Assembly (NCBI GenBank): GCA_963705505.1
Contig: CAVPJU010000010.1
Location: forward strand, 416,001 to 480,000
Direction of reading: 5' to 3'
DNA: 64,000 bases
DNA from: an uncultured bacterium
GTDB taxonomy: Bacteria > Desulfobacterota_D > UBA1144 > Nemesobacterales > UBA2774
Shown here: piece by piece, positions 59,716 through 64,000 of the stretch
Layout of the letters: the number at the start of each line of letters is the position of its first letter
Numbering within the stretch: the stretch's first letter is position 1
Made by a program: the position numbers and the translations under genes
The notes under the pieces: model-generated
Told to the model about the DNA's origin: nothing
Seen by the model: the letters and a program-made list of their open reading frames with translations, nothing else
Databases searched by the model: none

Positions 59716-60225
59716 ATGAATAACCTGCCAATCTTAAGACCTATGAACCCCGGAGAGGAGATCGAGGTCTGTAACCTCGTCGCGAGGTCGTTCAACGAGT
59801 TCGTAGCCCCGGATTTCCCCGATGAAGGGATAGAGGAGTTCTTCAACTACGCAAACCCGCGCTCTCTCATAAAGCGCTCGGAGGGCAATCACTTTGTCGT
59901 TGTCGCCGAGACGGAGGGCTTTATCGCAGGGATGATAGAGATAAGGGAAATGAGGCACGTCTCGATGCTCTTCGTGGATAAGGCTTTTCACAGGAGAGGA
60001 ATCGGAAAGGAGCTTTTGAGAGTCGCGCTCGAAAAGATAAAATCCAATGGCCGCCCGCTCAAAAAAGTTACTGTACATTCCTCACGCTTCGCAGTGCCCT
60101 TTTATGAGAGCCTCGGCTTCATCCGGACAGAAGAGGAAAAAATCATCCACGGCGTAATCCATATTCCCATGGCGCTCAGTCTATCGGAAGGTAGAATAAT
60201 AAGCCATGAAAACACCATTCGATAA
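59716..60225 (+). CDS. GNAT N-acetyltransferase
   Basis: H.SMLFV....HRRGIG..L, V.SS..AV.FY..LGF. Confidence 0.9.
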   Translation: MNNLPILRPMNPGEEIEVCNLVARSFNEFVAPDFPDEGIEEFFNYANPRSLIKRSEGNHFVVVAETEGFIAGMIEIREMRHVSMLFVDKAFHRRGIGKELLRVALEKIKSNGRPLKKVTVHSSRFAVPFYESLGFIRTEEEKIIHGVIHIPMALSLSEGRIISHENTIR

Positions 60226-60928
60226 AAAATCCTCGGTCAGGGAAATAAAAGAACGGTTCGATGCGGACGTTGACCGTTTCTCGAACCTCGAAACCGGCCA
60301 GCAGGCCGTGATCGACGCCCCGGTGATGCTGGAGCTGATATCGGAGCTTGCGGTGAAGATTAAGCCGGATGCCGAGAATCTGCTCGACATAGGGTGCGGC
60401 GCGGGGAACAACACAATCGCAATTCTGAGGCGCAAAGGTGGAATAAACTGCGACCTCGCCGATATCAGCCTTTCCATGCTCGAGCGCGCGAGGGAACGAC
60501 TATCGAACGAAAACGCGGGAGAAGTCAGAATTTTCCACGGTGATTTCAGGGAGTTAGACCTCCCCATTTCACATTACGATATAATTGTCGCAGCAGCGGT
60601 GCTCCACCACCTCCGGGACGATGAAGACTGGGAAAAATGCTTCAGAAAGATTTACGGCCTCCTCAAGCCGGGCGGGGCGTTTTTCGTAAGCGACCTGGTA
60701 TTCCACGAGAACGACAGGGTGCACGAAGAAATGTGGAGGAGGTACGGCGAGTATCTGGAGCAGACAGGGGGACCCGGTTACAGCGGCAAGGTGTTCGATT
60801 ATATAGATAAAGAAGACACGCCCCGGAGCCTCACGTATCAGATCGATCTGATGAGGAAAGTCGGGTTCCGGAATGCCGATGTCCTCCACAAGAACTCGTG
60901 CTTCGCCGCCTTTGTGGGGATTAAATAG
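60206..60928 (+). CDS. Class I SAM-dependent methyltransferase
   Basis: LLDIGCGAG, D.S..ML, VLHHL, LKPGG.F...D. Confidence 0.9.
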   Translation: MKTPFDKKSSVREIKERFDADVDRFSNLETGQQAVIDAPVMLELISELAVKIKPDAENLLDIGCGAGNNTIAILRRKGGINCDLADISLSMLERARERLSNENAGEVRIFHGDFRELDLPISHYDIIVAAAVLHHLRDDEDWEKCFRKIYGLLKPGGAFFVSDLVFHENDRVHEEMWRRYGEYLEQTGGPGYSGKVFDYIDKEDTPRSLTYQIDLMRKVGFRNADVLHKNSCFAAFVGIK

Positions 60929-61020
60929 GCTATTATTCTTTTGAGAGCGGTCTCCAGCCACACCCCTTCATCATGGAAGGGATAAGAGTATAAGAACGGC
61001 ACAATTAAAATCCACCCTGA

Positions 61021-61086
61021 CCCTCCTTTACAAAAGGAGGGAATTAATGATAAAGGCGAGATTGCTTCGCGGCGCTCGCAATGACA
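61021..61086. repeat. REP-like palindrome cluster
   Basis: ccctccttt-aca-aaaggaggg 61021-61041; gagattgcttcgcggcgctcgcaatgaca 61058-61086. Confidence 0.75.
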
Positions 61087-61179
61087 GAATTAAGTTCGCC
61101 TATTCTCACTGGACAATAAATACCCGCTGATGTAGATTGGAATTTATTAAAGCGCCTGATTACCTGAGCCGAGGACGAT

Positions 61180-62320
61180 ATGCCGGGAAAGAATCAGCTG
61201 AGCCGAAGAGAAGTGATAAAGTTGGCGGGCATGGGTTTGCTCACTGCAGCATTCTCCGAGGCATGCGCTCCCAAAAAAGTAACTAAACCCCCGGTCCGTC
61301 CTTACAGAGACTTCCCGATGGTAGAGGTATCCGAGGACAGGGTAATAAGACAGGCTGTAGGTCTCAGGCCTTTTCGTCCTTCGGGATTCGTCGTACGACA
61401 TGACAGGGTCGGAGATAAAGACATCATACATAACTACGGGCACGGCGGAGGCGGGCTTTCTCTCTCATGGGGCACGTCCCATCTGGCGGTGGAGAAGGCG
61501 CTGCCCCTGGGACACAGCAGCTGCGCTGTGATAGGGTGCGGAGCCGTGGGTCTTGCCACGGCAAGGCTCATGCAGTTCAAGGGGTATGAAGTCACGATAT
61601 ACGCGAAAGACCTCCCGCCGTACACGACATCGAACGTAGCCGCCGGGCAGTGGTCCCCATTCACGGTTTACGATGAGAATAGAATTACTCCCCAGTTCTA
61701 TAACGAATTCCTGCGCGCTTCGAGGCTTATCGTTCGGCTATTTCCGGAAGCTGATAGGGAGCTATTACGGCGTGAGAGTCGCCGACAACTTCTATTTCGG
61801 GGACTACCCGGTCGAGCTTCCCGATGCCATACACGAGCTCCCGGATATTTACGGCGAGCTCAAGACTCTCGTCCCCGGACAGTACCCGTTCGACGAGCCC
61901 TCGTGCGTCACATTAAAAACCATGCTCATAGATTCTCCGACCTATTTAAACGCCGTGATGAACGATTTCAGGAAGGACGGCGGAAATATTTACGTCAGGA
62001 ATTTCAGCGGGACCGGAGAGCTCCTTACTCTCACCGAGCCGCTCATAATGAACTGCACCGGACTCGGCTCCTACTTCCTCTTCAAAGACTACGAGCTCGA
62101 GCCCGTAAAAGGTCAGCTCATCGTGCTCCTCCCGCAGCCGGAGGTGGATTACATTACGCTCGAAAAAAGGGCAGGCATATACATGATACCGCGCTCGGAC
62201 GGCATAATGCTCGGCGGTTCCAGGGACTACGGCAACTGGAGCATGGCGCCCGACCCCGAAGTGACCGAGCGTATATACGAGGGACAGTCCCGGTTCTGGA
62301 AAGGCTTGCCCGCGGTTTGA
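61180..62320 (+). CDS. Tat-exported D-amino-acid-oxidase-like FAD oxidoreductase, circularly permuted (+1 frameshift near 61728)
   Basis: SRREVIK; VGLRP.R and HNYGHGG.G.SLSWG; AVIGCGAVG; TTS.VA.G.W; NCTGLG, P.KGQ, Y.IPR, LGG. Confidence 0.87.
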
Positions 62321-62334
62321 GGTAAAATATCGGA

Positions 62335-62961
62335 ATGACCGACTTCACGCAGATACTCCTGGGGACTATTATCTCGCTCCTCCCCATCGTAAACCCGTTT
62401 TCGGTAGCGGTCACATTCATATCGCTTTCAAAGGACATGGACGACGGGAAAAGGAACAGACAGGCGCTCCTCGCCTCCGTTTACATGGCCTTCATCCTTA
62501 TCGTATTCCTCGTTGCCGGGGTACTGATAATGAAGTTCTTCGGCATCTCACTGCCGGGAATACGTATAGCGGGCGGGATTATTATATTGTACATAGGGTT
62601 CAGGATGCTGAATCCCCAGCCGCAGGATCCTCAGCTGCAGGCAGCAGGGCGAAGCCCGGCGGATGACGACGATATCGCATTCACTCCGGTTGCGATGCCC
62701 ATGCTGAGCGGACCGGGGGCCATAGCCGTCACGATAGGTATGGCAGCGAATGCGGATTCGAGGTTAGAATATATAGGGGAGACACTCGGGATTATCGTAG
62801 TCGCCCTCATTACCTATATACTTTTAAGGATCTCGGGGAGTGTCAAGAGATTACTCGGAAATTACGGTGTCATTATCCTGACACGCATAATGGGGTTCCT
62901 CCTCATCTGCATAGGCGTTCAGTTCGTCATGCTGGGTATCCTCGACTTCATTCACAAATAG
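62335..62961 (+). CDS. MarC family membrane protein
   Basis: I.NP, FGIS....RIAGG, P.A.P...GPG, R.MG.LL..IG.Q. Confidence 0.92.
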   Translation: MTDFTQILLGTIISLLPIVNPFSVAVTFISLSKDMDDGKRNRQALLASVYMAFILIVFLVAGVLIMKFFGISLPGIRIAGGIIILYIGFRMLNPQPQDPQLQAAGRSPADDDDIAFTPVAMPMLSGPGAIAVTIGMAANADSRLEYIGETLGIIVVALITYILLRISGSVKRLLGNYGVIILTRIMGFLLICIGVQFVMLGILDFIHK

Positions 62962-63015
62962 ATTATCTCCAGTCAGTGCTCAAGATGATCGAAGAGATGT
63001 GGAGGCGTTAATTTA

Positions 63016-63489
63016 ATGCATAATCTCAACATACGCAGGTATAAGCCCGATGACGCCGAGGAGATTGCGGAGCTGTATGAGAAGTCAGTCAGGGAGATAG
63101 CGATAGAGAAGTATTCCCCTGAAGAGGTCGAGGCATGGGCATCTTACGCAGATGAAATCGAGGAGATCAGACACAGGCTGGCAGAGGGGCTCACTCTGGT
63201 CGCCGAGGCGGGGAATAAGCTCGCAGCTTTCGGTCAGCTGAAGCCCGTAGACCACATAGCTTTTCTCTACACGATCAAAGACTATTCACGGATAGGGATA
63301 GCCACGTCGATCTACAATCGGCTTGAGGATCATGCCAGAGCGAAGGGGGCCGAATTCCTCACCACCGACGCCAGCAGGATATCGAAAAGCCTCTTTGAAA
63401 GGCTTGGTTTTTACCTCGTGTGTCCGGTCGTGGAAAAGAGGAAGGGCATCGAGCTCGAGTGCTTTAAAATGAAGAAGGAGCTGGGTTGA
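63016..63489 (+). CDS. GNAT N-acetyltransferase (YafP-like)
   Basis: YS.E...AWA, I..LY.......GIA, AS..S...FE..GF. Confidence 0.87.
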   Translation: MHNLNIRRYKPDDAEEIAELYEKSVREIAIEKYSPEEVEAWASYADEIEEIRHRLAEGLTLVAEAGNKLAAFGQLKPVDHIAFLYTIKDYSRIGIATSIYNRLEDHARAKGAEFLTTDASRISKSLFERLGFYLVCPVVEKRKGIELECFKMKKELG

Positions 63490-63569
63490 ATACTGCAGTG
63501 TAAGCGGAGAAGACGTGCATCTATATTTAATCAAAGCGTTTATCTTGGACTCCGGCCTGAAAAAACCTG

Positions 63570-63599
63570 TTGATTCCGGCCACCGAAAGCCTATATAAT
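63570..63599 (+). promoter_or_regulatory. Probable sigma70 promoter of a small ORF
   Basis: TTGATT, 18-nt spacer, TATAAT. Confidence 0.5.
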
Positions 63600-63627
63600 C
63601 GGACTAGAAACATGTAGGGAGGTCGTT

Positions 63628-63723
63628 ATGAAAGATTCTTCCGGTCAAAATCTGGGCGCTTTTCTGTTCCTTGCCGCAATGTGCATTTTCTTTGCTCTCT
63701 GGTTTTATCTATGGTTCAGTTAA
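63628..63723 (+). CDS. 31-aa single-TM small protein
   Basis: GGGAGG SD; MKDSSGQNLGAFLFLAAMCIFFALWFYLWFS. Confidence 0.6.
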   Translation: MKDSSGQNLGAFLFLAAMCIFFALWFYLWFS

Positions 63724-63913
63724 GCCGGCGATGAAACGCGCCCTCAGCTTTCTGTCCTGATTAAAGACTTTTGAGGGATTATTGAGGGTAAAGCGCCGGT
63801 GCTTTAATTACTTTAGTCCGCGTAATTGCAGTTATAATTGCGTTCTGTCTGAATATCTGACATTCGACACCGCTTACATGCTGGAAATGCTATATTTATT
63901 TTAGTTTTCGCAG

Positions 63914-63929
63914 TGGCATAGTTATTGCT
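63914..63929 (+). promoter_or_regulatory. Putative sigma54 -24/-12 promoter
   Basis: TGGCATAGTTATTGCT has exact GG-N10-GC spacing; AT-rich upstream. Confidence 0.6.
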
Positions 63930-64000
63930 CATACAATGGGCATCAAGAGTAAAAATACTGCAATGCCAAATACGACAGCTACGACAGATGCCGCTCCTGG

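Noticed and set aside
63929..64000. Hydrophobic minus-strand fragment (PGAASVVAVVFGIAVFLLLMPIV-stop) as the 3' end of a gene
   Set aside because: Too short at the window edge to decide; it competes with the sigma54 interpretation

Overview
This is a bacterial chromosomal window of roughly balanced GC content, mostly housekeeping and cell-envelope genes. No transposase, integrase, phage gene or CRISPR array is visible. It contains an exbB-exbD-tonB operon; a LOG-like/LysM-M23/apt/lipid-kinase/aroB/trmB operon; the conserved tRNA-Ser, SRP RNA, dnaX, ybaB, recR block; gloA, rarA, an acyl-CoA synthetase and a Ycf46-like AAA ATPase; peptidoglycan enzymes (S13/DacB-like, M23, MepA); an ArsR-SRPBCC-DUF899 module; an oxalate-decarboxylase-like bicupin; a partner-switching module (RsbW/REC-PP2C/STAS); futalosine menaquinone genes (mqnE, ubiD-like, ubiX, ubiA-like); mgtE, recO, argJ, pyrD and ychF; many small exported hypotheticals; and REP-like palindromes. 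The IPTL-CTERM protein and futalosine genes suggest a Deltaproteobacteria/Dadabacteria-like organism (inference only). Ten genes carry single-base frameshifts, almost all +1, which look like long-read consensus errors. Best leads: (1) a membrane-targeted leader ORF ending in RSPP whose Pro-Pro codons are a perfect anti-SD for the next gene, suggesting an arrest-peptide translational switch; (2) an E. coli-type A_AAA_AAG -1 frameshift signal in dnaX; (3) a Ser1 proteasome-beta-like Ntn hydrolase next to a 10-Cys secreted prepropeptide; (4) a Tat-exported, circularly permuted D-amino-acid-oxidase-like flavoprotein; (5) a two-member exported protein family I do not recognise. All calls come from reading motifs by eye; no database search was run.
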